DNA of 64,000 nt from Schmidtea polychroa (Eukaryota), in contig CM097886.1 in NCBI GenBank assembly GCA_044892525.1, forward strand, positions 62,062,001 through 62,126,000, written 5' to 3'. The translations under genes and the position numbers were made by a program. Shown piece after piece: positions 34,996-47,263 of the stretch. Position 1 is the stretch's first letter. The number at the start of each line of letters is the position of its first letter. The notes below the pieces were generated by a model. That model did no database searches. It saw only the letters and a program-made list of their open reading frames with translations, and was not told the origin of the DNA.

Positions 34996-36573
34996 TAACA
35001 TTGTTATTATATGTATGAAAAATATATGTATAGAAAATAAAGATCAGAACTGTTGTTTATTTTTCATGTAGGCTCTTTTTGATATAATTTTTTTAATTGT
35101 GAGAAAACTATACAATATGGTCAGAAAAAATATTTCATTTTATTGCTTTTCTTTAGAAATATTCATTAAATTAATTTTTAGAATTCATTAAATTTGTACG
35201 AAAAGTTTATAAAATTCTGTTAGAGATGAATCTATTTAAACAAATGTTAAAAATAATTTATATCTAATTATTTCCTGTATATATATATATATATATATAT
35301 TCTTTTTTTATAATACTACAACTAAATTAAATTTGCATAATTGACTGCTATATTTCTTACCAAGGCGAAAAAAGATAAAATAACATTCCGCTAAAAATTT
35401 TTTTAATGATTATCTATTTTATTAACTTTTCTAAAAAATAAAATAAAAATTGGAATTTTTAATGTTTAATTAAAAATATTTTCGTACAAGTCTGATAATG
35501 GAATTGAAATAAAAAAAGCCAAGTGATTTAAAATTCCTTACGACTATTTGTAATTTTCATTTGATTTTTTAACAGTTTCAGTATTTATTTTTCGTCTTAT
35601 CGCAGTTGAATTGTAAATATTTGTAGAATTCTCAAATATGAAATTCTTTACATATGATTAAAACNNNNNNNNNNNNNNNNNNNNNNNNNNNNNNNNNNNN
35701 NNNNNNNNNNNNNNNNNNNNNNNNNNNNNNNNNNNNNNNNNNNNNNNNNNNNNNNNNNNNNNNNNNNNNNNNNNNNNNNNNNNNNNNNNNNNNNNNNNNN
35801 NATTAATAAAAGGTTATATAGTTTTCAATGTTTTTATTAGTCATGTCTTTGCTAATCATACCCTGGAATTATATCACTATTGATATTATTAATTTAACAT
35901 GCTTCTGAGTTACCATTTTACAAATTCATAGGTAATTTCATTAAAATATAGTCATTTTTAAACAACATTCAACAATTCATAAACCAATTTATGTGTATTT
36001 GAAATACATCGTTATTTGTTGTATCAAATACCAAATATTTCAATGATATAGCTAGAAACGCATGTTCATATAGGGTAACATTTAACAAAATCAAAGAAAT
36101 TAAAGTTTATTAGTCAGAAATACATGGCTATTTGTAGTAGCATCTGACCAATTCATAGGAAATTTATGTATCTTTGTGAGAAATACGTGGCTATTTAAGG
36201 AATCCTTAAATAAATTCTTAAGTATATTTGTTACAAATATATCCTTATTTGAGATAACATTTAACAACGATTTTAAATTATCAATAAAAACTTATTTTAA
36301 GTATATTTTAGAATATTTAAATAAAATATACTTTTTTGAAGGTTTTGACCCTCCAAGGCTGACCTTGTGAAAATGAAAGTAGTACGAATAAATAGAGGAC
36401 AGAAACCTTTATACACACAAATGTGATCAAAGATATTTAAATATATTTGAATAAATGGCATAGCCAAATTTTTGAAAAGTATTTGTCTCAAAAAAACTAT
36501 AGAGGATAAAAAAAATTTGAAAAAAAAGTCTATGTTAAAAAATACTTAAAAAATATATTAATAATATTATGAC

Positions 36574-36891
36574 TGTTAGAAGCTATAACATTTAATTCTT
36601 CTGTCATCAAAATAAATTACTAAGACTATTAAATCCAAAAATTATATTTCATTAAATCTGATTATATAAACAAATATTCTTGGGACATTTTCTAAATTTT
36701 AATTTCAACCAAATATCAACATACCATCGCATTCATACTTGAATTTCAATTTTATTAAAAATTATTTTATTTTAAAATTTCAATTATCATTTCAATTTTA
36801 ATATCTTAAAATAATTTAAGTTTCAATTAAAATTTTACAAATTTTAATCATGAACTAATTTAATTTAGTATTTTAATTTTAACTCCTCACA
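36574..36891 (-). repeat. 3' LTR
   Basis: tgttagaagc...aactcctcaca; matches 41316-41633. Confidence 0.96.
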
Positions 36892-39800
36892 TCCCCCTTT
36901 TTTAAAATGTTTGATCTTCTCAACATTTCTGACTACCATCTTCCCATTTTGATCTTTAAGTAAGTAGCTCCGTTCATGTATTTTCTTTATCACTTTGTAT
37001 GGCCCTTCCCACCTTGCATCGTCTTTATTTCGAATTTCTTGTTTGATCAAAACCAAATCTTCCATTTCAAAATCTCTCACTGTTTTGCTTATTTTTGGTT
37101 TTAGTGTTTTATCCTCTATTCTCTTTTCCATATTTTCTCTCTTTATTTCTTTATTCGAGTACCATTTCATTCTGTCGATTTTCCTCCCAAATATAATCTC
37201 TGCTGGGCTTACTCCCGTTGTTTTTTGAACTGTTGCATTTAAAGTATATTCTATTTCTGGCACTATATCAGCCCAGTTTTTCCTTCCTCCTTCATTCAAT
37301 GACGCGTTAATATACTCTCTGATTGTTCTGAATTGTCTTTCAATAATACCATTCGTGTTATGGTGATATGGGCTTGAGAAAATTAATTCAATGCCAGCTG
37401 CCTTCGCTAGTTCTTTTATACTTCTTGCTTCAAAGTTCTTCCCACAATCTACATGAAGTTCTTTTGGAGCTCCAAACTTTAATATCCATTTATTTAATAA
37501 CGTCTCACTAATTGTTTTTTCGTCTTGCTTGTTTATGGCCGTTAATGAGATGTATTTACTATAGTGGTCAATGATTCCGCAAATATATTTCTTTTTGTTG
37601 AACGTTTCTTTCAATGGCCCACATATATCCATATATATCTTCTCGAATGGTTCTGTACTCTTTATTGTTTGAGTTTCCTCCTTTGTCTTGGTTGTTATCG
37701 TTTTCATTTTCTGACATCTTTCGCAGTTCTCAATTACCTTTTTTACTTCCGTTGCTAAATTTTCCATGTCGCAGTTATTCTGGATATATTTCGTTACTTT
37801 CTGTGCACCTGCATGGCACAGCAATACGTGTACTTCTTTTATCATCCTCTGTCTATTATCTGACGGTATCCATATTTTACCTTGCTTAGTTAGTACCGTG
37901 TTGTTTTCCATTATGAACTTACAGTCTTTATTTTCTAACTTATTCTTTATTTCTTGGACCTCCATATTGTCATTTTGCCACTTGTTATATCCGCCTTCTG
38001 CTGTTACTGTTAATATTCTGGTTTTAATTTTGCCGGTTTTTGGGTCTTCGTGTTCCATCATACACTGTACACATGTTCCGCATGTTTTCCTGGATAGCAT
38101 ATCCGCGTTTGTATGGCTTGTTCCTTTCCTGTATTCCATTTTAATATCCAGGCTGCTTAAATAGTTGATCCATGTCTGGAATTGAGCAGTTATTGGTTTC
38201 TTAGTTGTTACCATAAACGTAATAGCTTTATGGTCCGTTCTCAGTACGAATCTCTTACCATATAAGTAATGGTTGAAATGTTTACAAAAATAGTATATTG
38301 CCAATAATTCTTTTCTGGTAATGCAGTATCCTTTTTCGTGGCTGCTCATCGCATGTGAACCATATGCAATGACATGTTCATGTCCTTTTTCATCCTTTTG
38401 CGAAAGAACTGCTCCAATAGTATCGAAGCTCGCGTCTGTGTCTAATATAAATTCTTTTCTGAAATCTGGAAATACCAATACTGGGGCGGTTATCAATGCT
38501 TCTTTCATTTCCCCGAAAGCCTTTTCACACATCTCTGTCCATCTTATTTTCTCATTGTTTTTTCCGCATATGCTTTCTAGTGCTCTTGCCTTCTTTGCAT
38601 AGTCTTTTATGAACCGTCGATAATAGTTACAGATACCCAGAAAGCTCCTCAGATTCTTTACACATTTTGGCTTTTGAAATGATTGTATTGCTTCTATCTT
38701 AGTATTATCTGTTTGTATGCCGTCTTTATTTATTATGTGTCCTAGAAACTTCACTTCTTTTCTAAATATTTGACATTTTTCCGGGTTCAATCTTAGTCCT
38801 GCTGTTGCGATCTTCCCTAGGACTTTTTCAAATATGTTATAATGGTCTTCTTCTGTCTTTGTGAATATTAGGATGTCGTCTAAATATACCATCACTCCAT
38901 CTTTCCACAAATCTTTCAATACTTTCGTCATTAATTCTTGAAATGTTCCTGGTGCCGCTGCAATACCGAACGGCATCCTGTTAAACAGAACTGTCCTTCT
39001 TTTGTTGAGAATACTGTTTTCTCTTGAGATTCTTTATCTAACTTCACTTGGTAATAAGCATTTCCCAAGTCGATTGAGCTAAAATATCTGGATCCGTGTA
39101 GGATGTCTAAAATTTCATCTACATTTGGCATTGGAAATGCTTGTCTTTCTGTTATCTTGTTTAATTGTCTGAAGTCTAGACAAAGCCTGATGTCTTTTTT
39201 CTCTTTCTTCCATACACAAACTAAAGGTGTGTTCCACGGTGAATTACACTTCCTAATTATTCCGTTGTTTTCTAGATTTTTTATTGCTTCCTCAATCTTG
39301 TCTTCCAAATTTATTGGCTGACGTCTCGGTTTAATCATTATTGGCTCTCCTTTCGTGATGATCTTATGTTTTATCAGATTGGTACACCCAATGTCCCATT
39401 TATCTGCCATAAAAACATTCTTGTTTGCCTGAAATATTTCTAACAGTCTCTTATTTCCGGTAACCTTTAAAACGTCGATGGCATGACGTAATCTTTCTTC
39501 ATCTGTTATAATCCGCCCAAATCTAGCTTCTATTTCGCAAATGAAATCACTACGTTTTTCATGTTCTTCTAGTATACATTTCAATTCTATACCAAATATC
39601 CTTTGTAGTTCTACTCCTCCAATAATTTCTGGTATTAAATTCTTTACTATAATGAATGTTACATTTCTTTCAATACTGCCCATTTTAACATTGATGTTTA
39701 TTTTACCCATAGTTTCTAATCTACTGTTGTTTGCACATCTTAGCGATTCCCTTGTTTCTAATATTTCGATATTTTCTAATCTATCAATTACAGATTTAGC

Positions 39801-40283
39801 CATCACATTAATTCGCGCTCCTGTATCCAATAAACAATCTACTTTCCGCCCTTGGATATCCAGTGTTGTACTCGGTCTACCTTGCATTATATTATATGTT
39901 ATTACTGGACTTTTTTGTTCTTCTACTGACAAAATATTCTGCTCTCTAGTATCTTCTACAATTTCATTAATACACACGTCTCCATTTTTCTTGAGGAATT
40001 TGTAAATTTTCTCTATAGTTCTTTCCTCGTGTTTTACTAATTCATTTGCTTTACACTCCTCTTTAAATTTTTTCTGAATTTCCTTATCATTCGACTTTTT
40101 GATTTCTACACTACTATTATTATTAATATCACGTTCAAAAACACTACAATCTTTATCAATCATACAATCATCATACATACTTAAATTACACATACCGTTA
40201 ACATTCATTCTTTGGTTGAAATCAATATTACTTAGTAAATTGCTCCGATCAATGTCCCGTTTGACGGAGCGTGCTCGTTTGGG
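36865..40283 (-). CDS. pol: Pol polyprotein (protease, RT, RNase H, integrase), one 1-bp frameshift
   Basis: LLDTGA protease, YLDD RT, LDTDAS RNase H, HVLLCH...CERC zinc finger, DDE core with IIERQFR, GPY motif. Frameshift at the AAA run 38983-38985 (QFCF-NRMPFG). Confidence 0.95.
36892..36903 (-). promoter_or_regulatory. Polypurine tract
   Basis: AAAAAAGGGGGA on the minus strand, directly before the 3' LTR. Confidence 0.9.
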
Positions 40284-41316
40284 TCATTCTCCCTGTTATA
40301 CTCGTCTGGCTGGCTTGACTGTTTTGTATTCATCATCTCATCATCAGACTCGATAGCTGCAATATCTTTTCTGTTATATTGTTGGTTTCCCCATTGTCTT
40401 TGATGTACGTTCCTTGATTGATACATATCTTCCCTTTGTTGATAGGTATTTCTTTGAATTCTTCCTCCTGACATCTTCCTTTGGTCTTGATCTCTTCCTT
40501 GATTTCGTCTTCCCATATTTGTGTAGCACTCTCTTTCTTTGTGTCCTCGTGCATTGCATCTATGACATTTGATTGTTGGGCATTCTCTTCGTATGTGACC
40601 TTCAACACCACATGCATAACATTGAAATCTTCTTTTTATATTACATTCTCTGCTACTGTGTCCCGGTTTTTGACACGTCCAGCATTCTATCACTTTAATT
40701 CTTGTCTCTGGTTTCCATTCGTTGATTTTTCTCTTCGTGGCTCCAACTTGTACTACATCTCTATAAGTTCTTCCTCCAGTTGTAGGTCGTATTGATCTCA
40801 CCGTGTTTACTTGTTCAATAACCTTGTTAACTTTTTCTATCTTCTTTATAGTTTCTTTAATTTGTTCCGCCGTTTTGAGATCTTTCATTTCGATTTCTTT
40901 CCTGACTTCTTTATCTTTTACACAATGTGTCAATAAACATTTCTGAATTTCTTCCTCATTCCAAGTGTGTGAGGCCAATTTTTTAGTCATTTTTGATATT
41001 TTCTCTATAAATATTTCCGCTGATTCGTTACCTTGCTCGTAGTTCAAGGCTTCTCCTAAGTCATCAATCAATGACGTTGGTCGATGAAAGCTGCTCTTAA
41101 TTTCTGTTCAACGGTTTTACCTTCTGCGGTTTCATATTCTTCAATCAAAGTTCTGTCCAGAAGTGTAATAACTAGTACCATTTGGGTCTTCACTGGTGTC
41201 TTCGTTATTTCAAAAAACCTCTGACATTCTTTGATAAATAATTCGAGGTCATCTCCTCTGTGGAATTTTTCTGGAAGTAATCTTCCAATAAGCAGATCCG
41301 TTGGAATGGTCGCCAT
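40232..41316 (-). CDS. gag: Gag with three CCHC zinc knuckles, one 1-bp frameshift
   Basis: CWTCQKPGHSSREC, CYACGVEGHIRREC, CHRCNARGHKEREC. Frameshift at the AAA run 41087-41089 (AAF-HRPTSLIDD). Confidence 0.9.
40242..40283 (-). promoter_or_regulatory. Programmed -1 ribosomal frameshift signal
   Basis: C CCA AAC heptamer in gag frame (40283-40277), 6-nt spacer, stem-loop gctccgtcaa...ttgatcggagc (40270-40242). The -1 frame stays open into pol. Confidence 0.75.
41307..41315 (-). promoter_or_regulatory. Primer-binding site (TGGCGACCA; tRNA-Arg(UCG)-like, inferred)
   Basis: Immediately follows the 5' LTR; complementary to a tRNA 3' end ...UGGUCGCCA. Confidence 0.75.
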
Positions 41317-41633
41317 GTTAGAAGCTATAACATTTAATTCTTCTGTCATCAAAATAAATTACTAAGACTATTAAATCCAAAAATTATATTTCATTAAATC
41401 TGATTATATAAACAAATATTCTTGGGACATTTTCTAAATTTTAATTTCAACCAAATATCAACATACCATCGCATTCATACTTGAATTTCAATTTTATTAA
41501 AAATTATTTTATTTTAAAATTTCAATTATCATTTCAATTTTAATATCTTAAAATAATTTAAGTTTCAATTAAAATTTTACAAATTTTAATCATGAACTAA
41601 TTTAATTTAGTATTTTAATTTTAACTCCTCACA
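41316..41633 (-). repeat. 5' LTR
   Basis: Same 318-bp sequence as 36574-36891; TSD ATGAC at 41634-41638 and 36569-36573. Confidence 0.96.
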
Positions 41634-42301
41634 ATGACTATGATGATTCTTTGTCTGTGTTAAATGGATACAGTCAAACTTTTGAATAAAACTGTTCAGG
41701 AGGTCTTGATTCTGACTGAAAAACTTTTGAAACAAAGTATGAGTCATCGAAACTTATGAAATATATTTAAATACAATTATGAAGTAATAATATTTAAAGA
41801 TTCTGATTTTTTGAAAAATAAGTGTTAATGTTGAATTTTTTAAGATTTTAGACGATAATGATTGCAATGNNNNNNNNNNNNNNNNNNNNNNNNNNNNNNN
41901 NNNNNNNNNNNNNNNNNNNNNNNNNNNNNNNNNNNNNNNNNNNNNNNNNNNNNNNNNNNNNNNNNNNNNNNNNNNNNNNNNNNNNNNNNNNNNNNNNNNN
42001 NNNNNNNNNNNNNNNNNNNAAATATTTATCTGACAATTAATTTTTTTCCGATAATTTACAATTCTTTATTATTAAGTCGTGATTTCCTAACTCAATTATC
42101 CCAGGTTTTAATTATTTCAATTATATATAATTATAATCAAAAACTTAAATTTTCCTGTCTCTTAGTGTGTAATATATTTTACTTAAGCCTTTAAAAATGA
42201 TGTTTCTAATTGACTAATAAATAAAAACATAATAATGAAAATTAATATATTTTGTATTAATTAAGTCAATTTAGAAATAATTTTCTCATTTCGAAAATTA
42301 A

Positions 42302-42985
42302 TTAGAATCGATATGTAGATCCAATTGATTTCAAATTTTCTCTTTCATTATCATTATCTATTCTCCATTCTCTTCGTGTTCTTTCCATTTGAAGTTCTCT
42401 TTCAAGTTTTTCAATTTCAAAGCGTCCAGTTAGACGAGCAGTAAGAAATGGAATTTTATCATCTTCACTTCGTTTTAAATTTCTTAATTGATTGCTACGT
42501 TTGCGAATAACTTTCACTTGGTGTAATATCACTCTATTTCGCAAGTATGAATTTAATGCAAAATCAGATTTATCCCACGCCAAAGTATCCAAATTGATTG
42601 TCAACTAAAACAAAAATAATATTTTAAAAAGAAAATCAACAAAAAAAATGTTTTGTCTCACTTTATGGATTTCTATTTCCAAAGTCAAAATAGTTTGAAA
42701 TAAATTGACAGGCTTTATGCAATCAAGCTTCTCCACCGGTTTCAAATCAAGCCATGTAATCTTTTGGCCTCGGGAAATTTGAAATCGAATCAACTCTTCA
42801 ACGCGTCTATGCGCAAGTTGGCGGATCAATTCAAACATTCTTCCGAATGTTGGAAGATTGACATCATCAGACATACATTTCATTTCAAGTTGACGATATC
42901 CTTGGCATAAGTGAAGCATACTGTTGACAAGTTTGCTAACTTGTATTTCAACTTCAGGAACTTCTATTATTCTTGTTAGAGACAT
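42302..42985 (-). CDS. Divergent ferritin-like protein, two exons (42662-42985 and 42302-42604), 208 aa
   Basis: DDVNLPTFGRMF, ELIRFQISRGQKI, LTLE and LHQVKVI...NLKR align with ferritin helices. The 57-bp phase-0 intron 42605-42661 (GTGAG...TTTTAG) joins the two ORFs. Confidence 0.8.
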
Positions 42986-45900
42986 TTGCTGTGTGTTATT
43001 GAAATGTTTTTAACTGTATTTATATCAAAATTCTTCAATTGAAGATACCGAAAGTTAAAGATAAGATATAAATGCTTTAAAATATTATCTATAAATTATC
43101 TATCAAGAAATAGTTGTTATTTTGTTAAAGANNNNNNNNNNNNNNNNNNNNNNNNNNNNNNNNNNNNNNNNNNNNNNNNNNNNNNNNNNNNNNNNNNNNN
43201 NNNNNNNNNNNNNNNNNNNNNNNNNNNNNNNNNNNNNNNNNNNNNNNNNNNNNNNNNNNNNNNNNNNNNNNNNNNNNNNNNNNNNNNNNNNNNNNNNNNN
43301 NNTAGTATTGATATTATTTAATGTATATAATATTTTAAATGAGAATAAAAAAAGTAACTTTTGAACATTTATATATTTCGAAGTACTATAAAAGTATTTT
43401 TAACGTAAATTCAGTAATTATNNNNNNNNNNNNNNNNNNNNNNNNNNNNNNNNNNNNNNNNNNNNNNNNNNNNNNNNNNNNNNNNNNNNNNNNNNNNNNN
43501 NNNNNNNNNNNNNNNNNNNNNNNNNNNNNNNNNNNNNNNNNNNNNNNNNNNNNTTGATATTATTTAATGTATATAATATTTTAAATGAGAATAAAAAAAG
43601 TAACTTTTGAACATTTATATATTTCGAAGTACTATAAAAGTATTTTTAACGTAAATTCAGTAATTATGCAGTTATACTCAACCCTTTTAGTGCTTAAAGT
43701 TGCATGGGAAAACCGGCTGAAAGAATGACAAGAATTTAAATCCCCATGTATTTGGTAGTAGATCACTGTTATTAAGTATTAAAATCCTCAATTTTTTTTA
43801 AATCTGAACGACCTATAGAGGAACCTTTACAGTGAACTTATTCCTTTTGGGATTCATTAGTATTCCATGAAGAAAGCAATAAAAGTTTTAACAAATAGGT
43901 TGCTTTTGTTTATATTTTCATGGTGCATATTAAACTGTTTGTCATTTAACACCGGATATTATATACATACAAAAAATAAAATAAACAATACAAAAAATTA
44001 CATTTAAAGTTTTCTATAATATTTGAAATCTTAAAAGTAAATTTTTATATGAAGCTTTGCATTGCATATTTGCAGCAACTTTTTCATATTTAGTTTCTTA
44101 TGATGTTAACGCTATTCGCTAGCATTATACTTTGTCAATCGTAGGCGATGTTTCATTTTTATGGCATTCTGTACGTGTATCAACTGCAAGATTCCGATGT
44201 TTACCAGATAAATTGTTTTTAAACCTAAACAACAAAATAAAACTGCGGGCAACTAACAGATCGCTGTTAACACGTTAAGCTATTGAGCTTAAAATGAACC
44301 ATCACAAATTCACTAAGGTTATTGAAGTTTATTTCTTTTCATATAACTTCAGCCACCGGATAGTCGTCTTCATTAACCCCTTCTCAAATTGGTGGTAATT
44401 AAGGAGTTGATCCAAGCACTTTAAAACTAGTGACAAAATTATACGGGAAAATCTTTTGTAGTATTAACATAGTTTCCTGTTAATTCTGATGATGTTATCG
44501 GTAAATTAGTTAGTTATCGCTTAACAAACTATTAATAAATTGACATAAATTTAATGTTTAAACAATGGATTCTTGCAGACAATGTTAAAATATTTTTATG
44601 TCTTTTGAATACATAAAACATTCCCATATTTGAAGATCATACCCTCAGAAGTTATGAAAAACAATGGAAAACAATGACATGACCTATTACAAATTGAGCA
44701 ACCTGCTTTCAAAGATTCACTGATGAAGTGATCATAAATCTTAGTCAATTTTACTAAATATTTCTTGCAAATGTGACAAAAAACTGCAAAGAAAAGAAAT
44801 AAGGTCTGCGTTTCTAAGATGTATGGTAAACTGTTTTCTTACCAAAGTCTTCAATTTAAATGTATATATAATTCTGCCCCTGTGAAGTTATTAGTTAACA
44901 AAAGACCTACAGAAATCGGAATGTGCCTTTAAAAGTAATTACTATCTGTAGGTATGATAACTTCAACGTTAGATTAAACTGCAAAAAGTAGGAAGACCTT
45001 TAAGATCAGTCTCTAAAATAAAATTTTTATTTAGTGGTAATGTATAGCACAGTAGAGGTGAGGGAGCACCTCTGATTATAAGAAAAATTTACGGAGGACT
45101 AAAATCATGAAATAAAATTTTATTTAACAATAAAATGTATAAAAATATTGCTTTTATTTATACAGGCTACAAAAATTAACTAAATAATAAATCTTTATAA
45201 AATAACCAATGTTTCATATTTGAAGAGCACTTGTAACATTGTTACGGATCACAGTTTGGGAACCCCTATTATAGAGGATTATCGTAAATTGATTTCTGTC
45301 ACATAAACTCTAATGTCTTTCCTGAGTATCAGGTATACGGGCACTGAATCTGAGTATCAGTAGGATTACGACAATTTAAAAACCTATCAAAATTATTGGA
45401 TATGTGATTATGGTATGTGATAGGATAACCACCATATTTAAAGTTATTATCATTAATTATTTCATCGTCAAAACACGGTTTTATATTTCCAATATACAGA
45501 AAAATATGTCATTGCATATAAAACAATAAAATTTAGAAATAAATAAATTTGACTTTTTAATTAGTAAAGTGTTCCCAAAATACAAAACCGTGATTTATGA
45601 GTTGACTAAAGATCAAAATACATTCATAAAAACAATTGCGGTATTTTTTAAAATATTATTTAAATTTTTTTTTCAAAAAAAATAAGAAACCCGCAATTTT
45701 TTAATTTTTATATTAACAAAAATATGAAATAAGATATTTCTAATTTCAGGTGGAGCTCAAATTGAAATTCTTATATCAAACGAAGTAATGGAAAATGGTT
45801 AATCAAATTGGTAAAGAGTATATTTCATTATTCTCTTGACAAAATCTTTACATTTTATAAATATTTTTGAATTATTTCAATTTAATATGAATTATTCAAT

Positions 45901-46324
45901 TAACAAATATGAATTTATTTAAAATTAATTTATTAATTTTAATAAATAAAATTAATTGATATTCCATTTGTTGTCATTATGAAAAATGATTTAATATTAA
46001 TTTACAACACTTGATAATTGTAAAGTCGAAATATTTTGTTGCATAGAAAATTAATTTTTGGTCTTTTGTCATAAATGAAAGTAAATGGAATATCGATATA
46101 AAAGAAAACAAATCAAATACAATAAAAATAGATTATTTAAGTGTTAATTTCGTCAACCAAATAGTTAATTTACGTACTATTAATAATAAATTTACAAATT
46201 AATTAAATATGTTTAATTGTCATTGAAATTTGAACCAAAGTTGATATCTCTGATGAAACTGAATAGCCTTATAAATGTCCACATCGCATTTCATCATGAT
46301 GTTATAGGTCGCTTCACGACCACA

Positions 46325-46627
46325 TCACATCATTGTAACTAATTGATTAACTGGAATTGGCTCTTGCAAAGTTAGCAAATAACGTTGGGCATTTAATTTC
46401 ATCTGACCTGAGAAAATATTAGCATATGATGTAATTCCAGCCAGTGGACATGAAATATCTTCGTTAACTTTGTAAATCTTTTCAGAGACGATTGTTTCAT
46501 CATCCTTCGTAACAATTCCGAAAACAGTACCATCATAATCCATAGCTTTCATTGCGTATTCAACTTGACATAAACTACCATTCGGAGAAAAAGTAGTTGT
46601 TCGATAATCATATCTTCGAACTCTCAT
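46325..46627 (-). pseudogene. PSMA4: Proteasome subunit alpha type-4 (alpha3/Pre9-like) pseudogene, intronless, internally deleted and truncated
   Basis: [46 protein letters not shown] and [18 protein letters not shown]; ~20 codons missing after KDD; stop at about codon 101. Confidence 0.85.
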
Positions 46628-46877
46628 ATATTTTCCCATAAATTTTAAACGATAAGAGAAAAACCTTGAAAAGAAAAAAAAATCTTCAATTGATACGACC
46701 AAACAACAACAACTCATAAAAATTCAGAATCCCCAAATAATCCAAAAAAAATATTCACAAAGTAATTCGATCAAACAACCAGATAAATTCCAGAATTCCA
46801 AGCAAAAACTCCAAAATTCACAAAATTCAATTCAAACTTAACTACTCGCGTCTGCACACAGAATTAATCAAATATTC

Positions 46878-47263
46878 GGTACTTCCGTGTTATCTTACCC
46901 CCAAAAATTAAATTATAAAATATAATTAAAATAATATATAAAAAATAATATAGAAAATGAGAGAATACATTATTGATGACGTTATTGAACATTATTGAAC
47001 ATGAATTTATTAAGGCTATCTGTGATTTATGTGATTATGTGATTATGTGAGTTTATGTGGCGCAAACGTGCTCTAAGCAACAGTGCCGATGTGTTTGACA
47101 CTATTCTCAACGACATTGTGGTTTTCTGGCCACCTGGATGACCATTTACAAACTCTTTACAAACATTTGCTGAGTTTGTAACTGTGATTTAGAAAATAAA
47201 TATAATAATTATATGTGTTCTTCTTTAATTTAATTTTTGGGGGTAAGATAACACGGAAGTATC
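46878..47263. mobile_element. Merlin-like MITE (386 bp)
   Basis: 38-bp TIRs starting GGTACTTCCGTGTTATCTTACCCCC (1 mismatch near the end); 8-bp TSD AAATATTC (46870-46877 and 47264-47271); GGNRM terminus. Confidence 0.8.

Larger units (their letters stand above)
36574..41633 (-). mobile_element. Full-length Ty3/Gypsy LTR retrotransposon (5060 bp), very recent
   Basis: Two 318-bp TG...CA LTRs, identical by eye; 5-bp TSD ATGAC; PBS and PPT present; gag with 3 CCHC knuckles; PR-RT-RH-IN order. Confidence 0.97.

Noticed and set aside
36995-40795. Plus-strand ORFs within the Gypsy element
   Set aside because: Antisense shadows of gag/pol with no env-like or other recognisable features.
27430-43557. 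ORF-track entries containing long X runs
   Set aside because: They are produced by translating N gaps.
43303-43666. ~113-bp direct duplication either side of an N gap
   Set aside because: Identical sequence flanking a scaffold gap is typical of an unmerged contig overlap, so it is an assembly artefact.
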